Program-made: the position numbers and the translations under genes | The notes under the pieces: model-generated | The model's database searches: none | Seen by the model: the letters and a program-made list of their open reading frames with translations, nothing else | Told to the model about the DNA's origin: nothing | Assembly: GCA_038751255.1 (NCBI GenBank) | Contig: JBCDGN010000006.1 | Location: 689-64,688, forward strand | Source: Pseudomonadota bacterium | GTDB taxonomy: Bacteria > Pseudomonadota > Alphaproteobacteria > Rhodobacterales > Rhodobacteraceae | Length of the DNA: 64,000 nt | Direction of reading: 5' to 3' | Part shown: in pieces, positions 35,207-44,639 of the stretch | How positions within the stretch are numbered: position 1 is the first letter of the stretch | Layout of the letters: each line of letters starts with the position of its first letter

Positions 35207-36151
35207 TCAAGTCCATTCGGCGCGCGCAAGAAGCATCTGTTCTTCAAGCACAGATTCAAAAATAGGGGTCATCATGCGGGCCAGATCGCGCCCCGCAAAT
35301 GTGTCGACCGGATAGTGCACACCGGCCCATTCGCGGTTCTCCGCGATCCTGCGAGCGCTGAGGAAAAGCCACGCAATCCCGGGGTGTTCGGGCGCCACGC
35401 GTGAGAAAACAAAGGCCATCGAATGGGATTGGAAGGAGTGGTTCGATGGATAGGACGCATGTGCGGGGTTCGCAATGAATGTGTCAAGCTGCGGGTTCGC
35501 CATGCTGGGGCGCAGCACGTCAAACCGGTCTTTGTAGCGCAGCCCTATCTCTTCGCAGAGCCGAGCGACGATCAGGAAAAGCGCGGAGGTTTGTGGAAAA
35601 CTTGAAGGATCCTCGACGCCAAGTGGTCGGAGGTAACCCGAAAGCTCAAGCTGCATTTCACGTATGATCTCATCGCGGCGCCCGGATTCTTCCCAAGTCT
35701 GCAGTTTTTTCTGCTTTTCCAGCAATTCACCGGTCATGTGGCGCAGTTTTGTGATGGAAGGGGGCAGTTCTAAGGGCAAATCGCGCCACTCGTCGATCTT
35801 TTCATGCAGCAGCCCAATTTCGCGCCAAGGCAGCAGGATGTCGAAATCACTGCCGCCGGCAAAATCCGCACCCAAATCCTCTGCAAGATTGCGGTTGCGA
35901 TTTCTGTTCCGGTTCCGATTGCGGTTTCTGTTCCGGTTTCGGTTGCGATTTCTGTTCCGATTGCGATTTCGGTTGAGCACCGAAGAGGCGCCTCCTCCGC
36001 CAGAGGGCAAATCCATGAAACTGATCGGACTGGCAGTCCCGGTCACATTGACCGACAGCACCGTGGGGTCTGACGTACGAGGCACAAGTTCAAATGAGTC
36101 CCCGACCACCAAAAGCGTGGTCGTCTGTAATGTATCGCTGAAACTATTCAC
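35207..36151 (-). CDS. PAP2 / haloperoxidase-superfamily phosphatase-like protein with internal (Asn-Arg)14 tract
   Basis: All three PAP2 motifs in order: KDRFDVLRP (KxxxxxxRP), YPSNHS (PSGH variant), NREWAGVHYPVD (RxxxxxHxxxD). GTG start with GGGGGA upstream. N-terminal ~100 aa unassigned, followed by the NR dipeptide tract. Confidence 0.75.
   Translation of the reverse strand: MNSFSDTLQTTTLLVVGDSFELVPRTSDPTVLSVNVTGTASPISFMDLPSGGGGASSVLNRNRNRNRNRNRNRNRNRNRNRNRNRNRNLAEDLGADFAGGSDFDILLPWREIGLLHEKIDEWRDLPLELPPSITKLRHMTGELLEKQKKLQTWEESGRRDEIIREMQLELSGYLRPLGVEDPSSFPQTSALFLIVARLCEEIGLRYKDRFDVLRPSMANPQLDTFIANPAHASYPSNHSFQSHSMAFVFSRVAPEHPGIAWLFLSARRIAENREWAGVHYPVDTFAGRDLARMMTPIFESVLEEQMLLARAEWT
35888..35974 (-). 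repeat. In-frame dipeptide repeat (Asn-Arg)x14 + Asn inside the PAP2-like CDS
   Basis: Read codon by codon from the DNA: AAC/AAT alternating with CGA/CGC/CGG/AGA for 29 codons. The codon choice is mixed, so this is not a pure hexanucleotide microsatellite. Confidence 0.95.
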
Positions 36152-36175
36152 TGGAAGTCCCCCATGTGTTCCATA

Positions 36176-38176
36176 TTAGGCTCCTGCATCGATCAATCCC
36201 TGTTCGAGCACTTTCTTTGCAGTTTCGTCTTGCACCGCCATGCGGTTGGCCTGGACCCAGTCAGCCGAGAAATTAGGATCCATGCTGCGGATGCGGGCAA
36301 TGTAGTCTTTCGCTTCTTCGGCCTTGCCCAGATACGCGAGACTGATTGAGGTATAACGCAGCGCTGCACCGTAGTTCGGCCGTTGCGCCAGGATGCGCTG
36401 ACCGATTTTGCTCGCCGTGCGGTAGTCGCCCTCAAGCGCGCTGATCATGCATCTTGTGGTTTCTAGGGTGAACCTGATCGGGCTGAACTCACCCATTTTG
36501 AGCGCAATGGCAGAGGCGTAGTGGGCCTCTTTGTAGCGCGCATTGTAAAGATGGTGCAGTGCCAGATGATCCCAGCAAAAGGCCGATTGCGGGCCAAAGC
36601 GGATCGCCCGGTCCAAAAGCTCTGCGGAACTTTCCCGGTCATGCAGGATGTACCCCATGGCATGTCCGGCAAGCGCCAAGCCAATGCCGCCGCTGTGGGC
36701 CGTGTCGCCGGCATTGGCCAAAAGTGAGCGAGTTTCATCCCTGACTGCGCCGTCAAAAGACCGCCAGTGCTCGCCAACTGAAAACGTGTTCAAGTAAGCA
36801 AGAAGGGCAGGGTAGATCGATGTTCCGGTCAAAACCCAGCTTTCGTGCAGACGCGTCCTCAGCGGTCCGAGCGCAGTGTGGTCAAGCTGGAACATCGCGC
36901 TTAGAGCGTGGAAGGGACTGATCGGAGCGTCCCCGGCCACAGTGTTGCGAGTTTCCAAGGTTTTTGCGGCCTGATCGAAGGCCTTGCCCAGCATCGCCAG
37001 CGTCTTTTCATGCTCCGTTGCGCCGCCTGTCGCAGGAACGTTTGCGCAATCGACGCTCCATAGGAGCTCTTGATTGGCCTGTCGCATCGCCAAGATGCGC
37101 AGCGCCAATTCGCCTTCCTGTTCGTAGACCCGCATGCGCAGGAAGAGGTCGGGGTCGCGTGTTGCTGTCGCGCTCGGGTCCGGCACACCGGCGAGGTCGC
37201 GATAATCATAGCAACGCGCCCCGATGTATTCGCGCAAGCCCGTTGCGACCCGGTCCATGAGTGCTTCGGCGAAAAACATGGTCTGAGCGGATTGGGAATG
37301 GATCACCGGCTGCAACAGTCCGACGACCGGCCAATTCTGCTTGGCCTCATCCAGCGGGGTCGGAATCGCCGCTGGGGTGACCGCCGTGGGCAAGGTGGCT
37401 TGTGGCTGGGGCGCGGGCGGATCTTCTTCGTAGGCCTCGATGATTTCTTCGAGACGGTCATACCAATGAGACCGCTGCACGCGGAGCCATTCCTCGAACT
37501 CATCCGACACATCGCCGCGCAAATTGATGCCTTCCAAGAGATCCGGCAGCATCTGATGATGATGAGAGGGGATCGCCGAAGCACCCTGTGCTTCGATCAC
37601 GAATAGATCGACGCTCACACCTTGCAAGCGGATGTTGACTGCATCGGCTTCGATCAGGGCGGGGGAGAACCCGATCAGGCTCTTTCTCAGGCCATGAAGC
37701 GCGGTGCGCATGCTTTGTGCCGCTCGGCGAGGATCCTTTTCGCCCCAAAGCATATCCTGAAGCCGTGTCCGCGAAATCGTCCCGTTCGGCGCCAGCGCCA
37801 GCATCGCCAGCATCGCTTGTTGTTGCGGGCTTCGGGGCGTCCGATCTTGCTCTTGGACGTCCAAAAGTCTTAAGGGCCCCAATAGATAGAGCCGCGCTTG
37901 TTTGTCCGTGTCTCCGGTCGCCACCGGTCCACCCCGCGTCAGATCTTGCCCAGGCCCCCCACCGGACCTTTGCCCATCGGCAGAAAACTCCAACCAATTC
38001 AAGCTGTCCATCAAAGAATTCAAAGCGCCCTCCGGTGGCAGGCCGGTCCGCGAAAAAATCGTCGCGCTGTACATTGACTGGGCATCTATCGCAGCGGGCA
38101 AGTTCAAAGCGGGGGGCAACGCAAGACGGTTGGGGTAGTGGCTTTGGTTTTCATCGGCAATCTCCACCGGAATCAC
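36176..38176 (-). CDS. Winged-helix (OmpR/SARP-type) DNA-binding domain protein with large helical / TPR C-terminal region
   Basis: LYLLGPLRLLDVQEQDRTPRSPQQQAMLAMLALAPNGTISRTRLQDMLWGEKDPRRAAQSMRTALHGLRKSL fits a Trans_reg_C/BTAD-type wHTH. C-terminal TPR-like AQRPNYGAALRYTSISLAYLGKAEEAKDYIARIRSMDPNF. 24 nt upstream of the PAP2-like gene. Confidence 0.75.
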   Translation of the reverse strand: MIPVEIADENQSHYPNRLALPPALNLPAAIDAQSMYSATIFSRTGLPPEGALNSLMDSLNWLEFSADGQRSGGGPGQDLTRGGPVATGDTDKQARLYLLGPLRLLDVQEQDRTPRSPQQQAMLAMLALAPNGTISRTRLQDMLWGEKDPRRAAQSMRTALHGLRKSLIGFSPALIEADAVNIRLQGVSVDLFVIEAQGASAIPSHHHQMLPDLLEGINLRGDVSDEFEEWLRVQRSHWYDRLEEIIEAYEEDPPAPQPQATLPTAVTPAAIPTPLDEAKQNWPVVGLLQPVIHSQSAQTMFFAEALMDRVATGLREYIGARCYDYRDLAGVPDPSATATRDPDLFLRMRVYEQEGELALRILAMRQANQELLWSVDCANVPATGGATEHEKTLAMLGKAFDQAAKTLETRNTVAGDAPISPFHALSAMFQLDHTALGPLRTRLHESWVLTGTSIYPALLAYLNTFSVGEHWRSFDGAVRDETRSLLANAGDTAHSGGIGLALAGHAMGYILHDRESSAELLDRAIRFGPQSAFCWDHLALHHLYNARYKEAHYASAIALKMGEFSPIRFTLETTRCMISALEGDYRTASKIGQRILAQRPNYGAALRYTSISLAYLGKAEEAKDYIARIRSMDPNFSADWVQANRMAVQDETAKKVLEQGLIDAGA

Positions 38177-38256
38177 TATAAATTAACTCTAGCTTTGGGG
38201 GCGTGAGCCGAACGTTAAGGAAGTCTTAAATCCCGCTCACACAGGGGCAGAACCGG

Positions 38257-39432
38257 CTATGTTGCGGCGCTATTTCTCGGGCGCAGCTGGCGCGGCCCTA
38301 AGGTGCCGATTAAAAACGCGGCTCCCAAAAGCACTATCAACGCAATGCGCAGACCGAACTGGTCTGACAAAAAGCCGATGATAAGCGGTCCCATAAGAAA
38401 CCCAGTATAGCCAATAGCCGCTGTCATCGCGATGGCACTTCCAGAAGACACATCTTTCAACCGCGATGCGGAAGAGAAAAGCAGCGGGACGATGTTTGAC
38501 GCCCCGAGACCGACCAGAGCGAACCCAAAGATGGATGGCAAGAAGGTTGCCGTTCCCAGAACGCAAACAAATCCAGTCAGCGCGGAAATGGCCCCCGCAA
38601 ACAGCGTTGTGCGCTCCCCGAACCTGCGCACAAAGCCGTCTCCGAACAGACGCCCGACCAACATCGCAATGGAAAACGATGCATAGGCTAAGGCAGCGCT
38701 GGCCGGGCTGGCCAGCACCACTGTCGTCAAATAGACGCCGGACCAATCTGCCACGCCGCCTTCAATCATCATCACCAGCAAGCACAGCGCACCAAGTGCG
38801 AGCAGGGATCGCGGTGGGCGCACAAAGGCCGGAGCGCGTTCGGTCTTGAGCGGGAGGGACAGCGAGGCCTGCGAGAGCCCGTTGGCAAAGATGACCACAC
38901 CCAGAGACAGCACAGAAAGACACAGCAATCCCGCGGCCACGCTAAAGCCATTCCCAAGAGCCAGACCAAGCCAGATCGCGCCTAAGAACCCGCCAAAGCT
39001 GGCGGCTGCATGAAAAGAGGACATGATCGCCTGCCCCCAAGCCTCTTGGATGTCCGCGGCGAAACTGTTCATGGAGACATCAAGCACCCCTTTGCCCAGC
39101 CCGAGCGTTAAGGCGGCTAGGACAAGCGGTATGAATGTTGTTGTCAGCCCGGGCAGCGTTAAGACAAAGCAATAGCTGAAGGCCACAGCGATCATCGCCA
39201 AATGACTTCCAAGACGCGACACCAACCAGGCCGACAACGGCATGCCGGCCAGGCCGCCCATCGCATAGGCAAAAAGTGCAATCGATAGGGCGCCATCGGC
39301 AAGTCCCAAGGTCAGTTGGATCGCCGCAATCGAAGCCGCCCAAGCCCCCATGCTGAGGCCCTGGACCAGAAAGATCAGAGTGGTCGCAATTCTGGCCCGT
39401 TTCAGGCTGGGACGATCAATCGCAAACTCCAT
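38257..39432 (-). CDS. MFS transporter
   Basis: About 12 TM helices. The ORF track extends to GTG 39582 (overlapping the upstream gene by 20 nt). ATG 39432 (MEFAIDRPS, with AGAGG 5 nt upstream) gives a typical ~390 aa MFS size. Start is uncertain. Confidence 0.85.
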   Translation of the reverse strand: MEFAIDRPSLKRARIATTLIFLVQGLSMGAWAASIAAIQLTLGLADGALSIALFAYAMGGLAGMPLSAWLVSRLGSHLAMIAVAFSYCFVLTLPGLTTTFIPLVLAALTLGLGKGVLDVSMNSFAADIQEAWGQAIMSSFHAAASFGGFLGAIWLGLALGNGFSVAAGLLCLSVLSLGVVIFANGLSQASLSLPLKTERAPAFVRPPRSLLALGALCLLVMMIEGGVADWSGVYLTTVVLASPASAALAYASFSIAMLVGRLFGDGFVRRFGERTTLFAGAISALTGFVCVLGTATFLPSIFGFALVGLGASNIVPLLFSSASRLKDVSSGSAIAMTAAIGYTGFLMGPLIIGFLSDQFGLRIALIVLLGAAFLIGTLGPRQLRPRNSAAT

Positions 39433-39562
39433 GGGTGCCTCTGAAACTGGTGCGTCTTGCCGCTGACCCAACGGGCCCTGTTCGACATTGTCAAAGACTT
39501 TGGGCCTAGGTCCGGCGCCTATTGGGGTTTCGGTAGGCTTGGTTTGGTCGTCTTGTCTGTCT

Positions 39563-41473
39563 TCAGGACGCAGGGCGGTCACGCCAGTGAACGCCGCAAC
39601 CCTCCACGGTGATGTCTTCCCAGACGATCGGATCGGCCCCGTAATTGATCAGGAACTCGAGCGCTCCGGCGTCTCGGCGTCGGAGTTCCCCCGGCATAGC
39701 GTGGATCGGGATGCCCTGCGCCGCCGTGAACCTTGTCAGGATTTGTGCCAACCCCGCCGGGTCCAACCACCCGCCGAGATAGGCGACGTTGTCGTTTCCC
39801 ATGAGAATCGGTCGCCCATCGGCGAGGGACTCAAGAACCGGGGCGTTGCCTTCGAGATGTTCAAACCAGTGCAAAAGGTTCCCGCCACCTCTCAGCGCAT
39901 GGCTACAATCGGGGGGCAGGCTTTCGACAAAACTGATGGTGATGTCGAGATCGGGTAAATCCGGCGGCAGCGGAACTGGGATGGCCATTTCCGGCGTCTT
40001 TGCGTTGCTGCGCGGGCCAAGCAGTGTCAGCCCATCATGCGCCGCGATGGCCGACCGGAGCGTTGGCGACAGCGTCATGAGCCCTGGAACCAGGACCAGC
40101 TTGTAGGGTGAGAGAGTCTCTGCGTCGGAGGGCAGAAAATCGACCGAAAGCCCAAGCTTGCGCAGGGCCCGATAGACCTCAAAAACCAACGCGAAATAAT
40201 CAAAGCTCGCGCCTTGCGGCTCGGTGTCCCAGGCCCAGGCACTGGTGTAGTCAAAGACAATCGCAACTGGCGCAGGCTCGGGGTCTAGGGGTGGCATCAC
40301 GGCCAATTCTTCGGCGACGGTTTTCGCCTCTGTCAGGCCCGGGGCATCTGCGCTGTCTGGGCGCAATAGGGCTGCATGGTACTGTTCCTGCCCAAACGGG
40401 GCCTGACGCCAGCGGAAATAGGATACAACCTCGGCCCCATGCGCGAACGCCTCATGGCTCCAAAGACGCACCATCCCGGGCAAGGGGGCCGGGTTGAAGG
40501 GCGCCCAATTCACCGGGCCGGGTTGCTGTTCCATCACCCACCAGCGACCCCGGCCCACCGCCCGATAAAGATCGTGATGGAACGCCTGGAAATCTGGGTC
40601 ACCTTGGCGGAGAAAACCTGCCTTATGCGCAGCGCTTGCTTCAAGCCGGTCGGATAGAAAGCCAATGGGGTAGCTGTCCCAGCTCGCGATATCTAGATCG
40701 GCGCTGGTGGCGAAATGGTCGAATTCTAAGATACGGCCCATATAATTGTGAATGAGCGGCGCTTGCGTTTCAGACCGGACCGCCTCGGCTTGCGCCTTAT
40801 TCCATGCCACCACCTGATCCGATGAGAACCGCCGAAAGGCCATCACATGCGATGGGTTGGGCTCCGTCACCGTCAGATTTGGCAAACCGATCTGGTCGAA
40901 AGACTGATAGTCCATCGACCAAAAGACATTGCCCCAAGCGGTGTTCAAGGCTTCGATTTCGCCATAGCGATCTGTGCACCAGGCCTGAAAGGCGCCGCGC
41001 GCAGCGTCGGAGTAGCTCAGCACCGTGTCGTGGCAGCCATATTCGTTGTCAATCTGCCAGTGTGTGACAGCCGGGTGCTGGCAATACCGCGCCGTCATGC
41101 GTCGGGCGAATTCCGCTGCCGCGTCACGGTAGCCTGCGTGGCTAAAACAGTAGTGCCGCCGCGATCCAAATCCGCGCGGCCTTCCGTCAGCATCAACCGC
41201 CAGCATGTCGGGAAACCTATCCAACATCCAGCGTGGCGGCGTGGCCGAGGGCGTGCCCATAATGATCTTAAGACCGGCATTTGCCAGCACTTCTACCGCG
41301 TCGTCGAGCCATCGCCAGTCGAAGACGCCCGGCTGCGGTTCTAACCGAGACCAGGCAAACTCACCGATCCGCACATAAGACAATCCAGCCGCGATCATGC
41401 GCGCCGCGTCTTCTTCCCAGAAAGAGCGCGGCCATTGTTCGGGATAGTAGCAGACGCCGAGCGCGGGCTTCAT
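39563..41473 (-). CDS. Beta-galactosidase, glycoside hydrolase family 42
   Basis: N-terminus LGVCYYPEQWPRSFWEEDAARMIAAGLSYVRIGEFAWSRLEPQPGVFDW and the IDNEYG catalytic region are typical of GH42. Confidence 0.9.
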   Translation of the reverse strand: MKPALGVCYYPEQWPRSFWEEDAARMIAAGLSYVRIGEFAWSRLEPQPGVFDWRWLDDAVEVLANAGLKIIMGTPSATPPRWMLDRFPDMLAVDADGRPRGFGSRRHYCFSHAGYRDAAAEFARRMTARYCQHPAVTHWQIDNEYGCHDTVLSYSDAARGAFQAWCTDRYGEIEALNTAWGNVFWSMDYQSFDQIGLPNLTVTEPNPSHVMAFRRFSSDQVVAWNKAQAEAVRSETQAPLIHNYMGRILEFDHFATSADLDIASWDSYPIGFLSDRLEASAAHKAGFLRQGDPDFQAFHHDLYRAVGRGRWWVMEQQPGPVNWAPFNPAPLPGMVRLWSHEAFAHGAEVVSYFRWRQAPFGQEQYHAALLRPDSADAPGLTEAKTVAEELAVMPPLDPEPAPVAIVFDYTSAWAWDTEPQGASFDYFALVFEVYRALRKLGLSVDFLPSDAETLSPYKLVLVPGLMTLSPTLRSAIAAHDGLTLLGPRSNAKTPEMAIPVPLPPDLPDLDITISFVESLPPDCSHALRGGGNLLHWFEHLEGNAPVLESLADGRPILMGNDNVAYLGGWLDPAGLAQILTRFTAAQGIPIHAMPGELRRRDAGALEFLINYGADPIVWEDITVEGCGVHWRDRPAS

Positions 41474-42321
41474 AAGATCACACGGTGCTCGGCCTGGCCA
41501 GGTCCCATATTTTCAAGAAAGAAAACACAGCCCGCATCTGGCAATGGGGCGCGGTCAGATTTCGCTGCCGAGGTACAAAAGAGCGTGGTCAAGTCCGGGC
41601 CGCCGAACGCGGGACACGTGCTGTTGGCGGCAGGAATGTCAATGGTCCGCAAAAGACGCCCATCCAGATCATACTGCGCCACCCGACCGACCCCCCATTT
41701 CGCGATCCAGAACGTGCCATCGGCTGCCGTCACGGCCCCATCGGGATGCAGCCCATCCTGGGTCAGATCGAGCCAAGGTTCTGGATCGCCAACCGGCCAG
41801 CCATCTTTTTCCGACAAGCGCACCCGCTGCACGATCTGTGTTTTGGTGTCGGCAAAATAAGCCCAGAGCCCATCTGGCGAAAAACATGCCGCGTTGCTGA
41901 CATAGATCCCACCAAAGAGTTTGCGCAACTCGCCCTTGTAGTAGCGATAAAAACTACCCTCCGGCGCATCCTCGCTGATCTTCAGCGTGCCGATCCAGAA
42001 CCCACCATAGGGGTCCGCGCGCCCATCATTCGAACGGTTTTGCGGCAGGTTAGGTTCGAGCGACACCACCGGTTCTTGTGCCCCGGTGGACAATGACAGC
42101 TGGATCAGGGCGTGCTGGGTCGCCACAAGCAGGTGATCCGCATCGATCCAACCGAGCGCTGATGGCATCGCGTCAAACCGCCAATCGCTGGCGGTTTCGC
42201 CTGCGCGGCTGAGAATCTTGTGGCCAAAGATATCGACCCAGAAAAGTTCCTGTCGTTCCGGGTGCCAAAGCGGCCCTTCGCCCAAAAGACAGCGCCGGTC
42301 GTCGTAAAGATGCGCTCTCAT
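41470..42321 (-). CDS. SMP-30/gluconolactonase/LRE-family lactonase (likely galactonolactonase by context)
   Basis: [21 protein letters not shown] motif and ~280 aa beta-propeller size. 4-nt overlaps with both neighbouring genes. Confidence 0.85.
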   Translation of the reverse strand: MRAHLYDDRRCLLGEGPLWHPERQELFWVDIFGHKILSRAGETASDWRFDAMPSALGWIDADHLLVATQHALIQLSLSTGAQEPVVSLEPNLPQNRSNDGRADPYGGFWIGTLKISEDAPEGSFYRYYKGELRKLFGGIYVSNAACFSPDGLWAYFADTKTQIVQRVRLSEKDGWPVGDPEPWLDLTQDGLHPDGAVTAADGTFWIAKWGVGRVAQYDLDGRLLRTIDIPAANSTCPAFGGPDLTTLFCTSAAKSDRAPLPDAGCVFFLENMGPGQAEHRVIL

Positions 42322-42923
42322 GCCGTCACCGCCGCGTCATAGGCCTCTACAATGATCTTTGCCTTTCGCGCGATTGAGGCAGCATCGTCGCCCGGACTGT
42401 AGAGCGCCGATCCGATCCCAAATCCGTCTGCAGAGGCTGAAATCCATTCGCGAAAGTTTTCAGGCCCGGCCCCGCCGACGGCGAAAACCTTGGTCCCTGG
42501 GGGCAAAACGGCACGGATCGCTTTCAACCCCGATGGACCCGCCATGCTCCCGGGGAAAAGCTTTAGTCCCGTTGCCCCGGCCTTTAGCGCCGTGAAGGCC
42601 TCGCTTGGCGTGAAGATGCCGGGCCAAGACGCCATCCCTGATGCGATAGTTGCTGCGATAACCTCGGGATCCGCATTGGGTGACACGATCAAAGTGCCGC
42701 CCGCTGCCTTGACCTCTGCAACCTCACTCACCGTGAGAACCGTGCCTGCACCAATGACCGCTTGCTCGCCAAAATGTGCTGCCATGGCGGCGATGCTCTC
42801 CATCGGATCGGGAGAGTTCATGGGCACCTCGATCTGGGTGATCCCAGCACTGATGAGCGCCTCGGTCACCGGAAGAGCCTCAGCCGGGGTGATGCCCCGA
42901 AGGATGGCGATCAGCGGTCTCAT
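42318..42923 (-). CDS. dgoA: 2-dehydro-3-deoxy-6-phosphogalactonate aldolase
   Basis: [38 protein letters not shown] is typical of DgoA/KDPGal aldolase. Adjacent to dgoK. Confidence 0.85.
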   Translation of the reverse strand: MRPLIAILRGITPAEALPVTEALISAGITQIEVPMNSPDPMESIAAMAAHFGEQAVIGAGTVLTVSEVAEVKAAGGTLIVSPNADPEVIAATIASGMASWPGIFTPSEAFTALKAGATGLKLFPGSMAGPSGLKAIRAVLPPGTKVFAVGGAGPENFREWISASADGFGIGSALYSPGDDAASIARKAKIIVEAYDAAVTA

Positions 42924-43822
42924 GGCACAGTATCCTTCACCGTCTCAAAGGCCGCGCGGAGCCCGCGGAGGCTCATTTCTGATCCATCCACGCGGATCGG
43001 CGCAACGCCTTGGGCCCGCAGCGCTGTGAGATAGGGCGCTGAGCTTGCTTCAGACCCGATCACCGCAACCGACTGACCCAGCCAATAGGGTTTGGCCGCC
43101 GCCAATTCAGCACCGATCAGCAACCCCGAAAGCCGTGCGCGGGCCACCGCACCGCCGGTGCCTTCCAAAAGATCAGAGGCGCGAAGGCTGAAAAGCTCTG
43201 ATGCCAGACGTTCAGGACGCGAGAGTGTGATATCTAGCCCCTCGGAAAACCCTGTCTCGTCCCAACCGCTCGTGGCCACGGAATGGCGCAGCACCGTTGC
43301 ATCGGCGAGACAGGCGAAAAGCTCGCCGGTCATAAAGGTACGAAAGCTCACCACTTCCCCGGCCGAAACATGCGCCCATTTGCTATGGGTGCCGGGCAGG
43401 CAAATCACCCCATCGAAATCGGGCGTCATGGCCTGAAACCCAGCGATCTGGGTTTCCTCGCCACGCATCACATCCGCAGGGCTGGTCTGTTTCAACCCAG
43501 GGATGATCCAAACCCTCAGACGCTGGTCTTTTGTGGTCGCGCGCGCCATAGCCGCAGCGAGCGGCTCAGATGGTACGGCGGCATAGGGCGCTTCCGACCA
43601 GCCTTGCCGAGACCCCACCATGCCGCAAGCGATTACCGGTGTTTGACGCTGATCGCTAAGCCAATCACCCACCAGATCCAGAAGCGCAGGCTCAAAATCG
43701 TCACGCGTCAACTGGCCCATACCGCGGTCCGATCGGGCTTCTTTCAACGGAACGTCATTTTGGTCCGCCATCGCCCAAACCCGCAATCGCGAGGTGCCCC
43801 AATCGACAGCGATCCAATCCAT
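42920..43822 (-). CDS. dgoK: 2-dehydro-3-deoxygalactonokinase
   Basis: N-terminal [16 protein letters not shown] motif, ~300 aa, 4-nt overlap with dgoA. Confidence 0.85.
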   Translation of the reverse strand: MDWIAVDWGTSRLRVWAMADQNDVPLKEARSDRGMGQLTRDDFEPALLDLVGDWLSDQRQTPVIACGMVGSRQGWSEAPYAAVPSEPLAAAMARATTKDQRLRVWIIPGLKQTSPADVMRGEETQIAGFQAMTPDFDGVICLPGTHSKWAHVSAGEVVSFRTFMTGELFACLADATVLRHSVATSGWDETGFSEGLDITLSRPERLASELFSLRASDLLEGTGGAVARARLSGLLIGAELAAAKPYWLGQSVAVIGSEASSAPYLTALRAQGVAPIRVDGSEMSLRGLRAAFETVKDTVP

Positions 43823-43826
43823 CAGA

Positions 43827-44597
43827 TTATCCCGTTACAACCACGCCACCGTCGATCACGAGCGCCTGACCTGTCATCATCCGCGAGGCATCAGAGGCAA
43901 GAAAAAGCGTTCCGCCCACGAGGTCTTGGGGATCGAGCGTTTCCTTGAGGCACTGGCGCTCCAGATGCTCTGCCAGCGCGGCGTCTGTGACCCAGAGATC
44001 TCGTTGTTTCTGCGTCATCACCCAGCCCGGTGCGATGGCGTTCACCCGTACCTTATCGGGGCCAAGCTCGCGCGCCAGGCTGCGTGTTAGCCCGTTGATG
44101 CCAGAGTTTGCCGCGGTGTAGATTGGGTAGCCAGCATTGCCCATCATATAGCTGATCGACGTATAGTTGATGATCGACCCGCCACCGGCCTCACGCATCA
44201 TCGGCGCAGCCGCTTGGGCAGCGAAAAAATATGCCTTGAGGTTGATCGCGATCATCCGGTCCCAATAGTCTTCGTCAGCCTCATGCAGCCCGTGACGTTG
44301 GTCATTGGCCGCGTTGTTCACCAAGACTTGTACCGGGCCATTTGAGGCTCCGGCTTCAACGATCGATGCCTGAAGCGCCGAGATATCCGTGATGTCGCAT
44401 TGGATGAAGCGGGGTCGATTGCCGGTCTGTTCTGCCATCTCAGTGACGAAATCGCTTGCGTCCGAGCGCTGAACAAATGTCACCTTCGCACCATGCCGAA
44501 GGAACCCCTCGGTCAGCGCCGCGCCAATGCCAGAGCCACCTCCGGTAATGAACACCGAAACGCCGTCCAGGTCGTGATAGATTGGCAAACTGGTCAT
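43827..44597 (-). CDS. Short-chain dehydrogenase/reductase (SDR) family protein with atypical active-site motif
   Basis: Cofactor motif VFITGGGSGIGAAL. The expected YxxxK reads YTAAN (codons ACC GCG GCA AAC checked in the DNA). By context it could be a galactose-1-dehydrogenase-type enzyme, but this is unproven. Confidence 0.8.
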   Translation of the reverse strand: MTSLPIYHDLDGVSVFITGGGSGIGAALTEGFLRHGAKVTFVQRSDASDFVTEMAEQTGNRPRFIQCDITDISALQASIVEAGASNGPVQVLVNNAANDQRHGLHEADEDYWDRMIAINLKAYFFAAQAAAPMMREAGGGSIINYTSISYMMGNAGYPIYTAANSGINGLTRSLARELGPDKVRVNAIAPGWVMTQKQRDLWVTDAALAEHLERQCLKETLDPQDLVGGTLFLASDASRMMTGQALVIDGGVVVTG

Positions 44598-44639
44598 GTG
44601 AGGGCTCCCCCGATAGCTTTATGTCGACGGTTTGGCCGT

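Noticed and set aside
35881-35980. Periodic DNA that could be mistaken for a CRISPR or tandem-repeat array
   Set aside because: It is in frame inside a CDS, encodes the (Asn-Arg)14 tract, and has no spacer/repeat organisation and no cas genes. It is reported as a coding repeat instead.
38190-38250. Nested inverted repeats GTGAGC..TTAAG-gaagt-CTTAA..GCTCAC between the MFS gene end and the island regulator start
   Set aside because: It could be a terminator for the galactoside operon or an operator, but the stems are short (5-6 bp), there is no T-tract, and I cannot distinguish it from chance.
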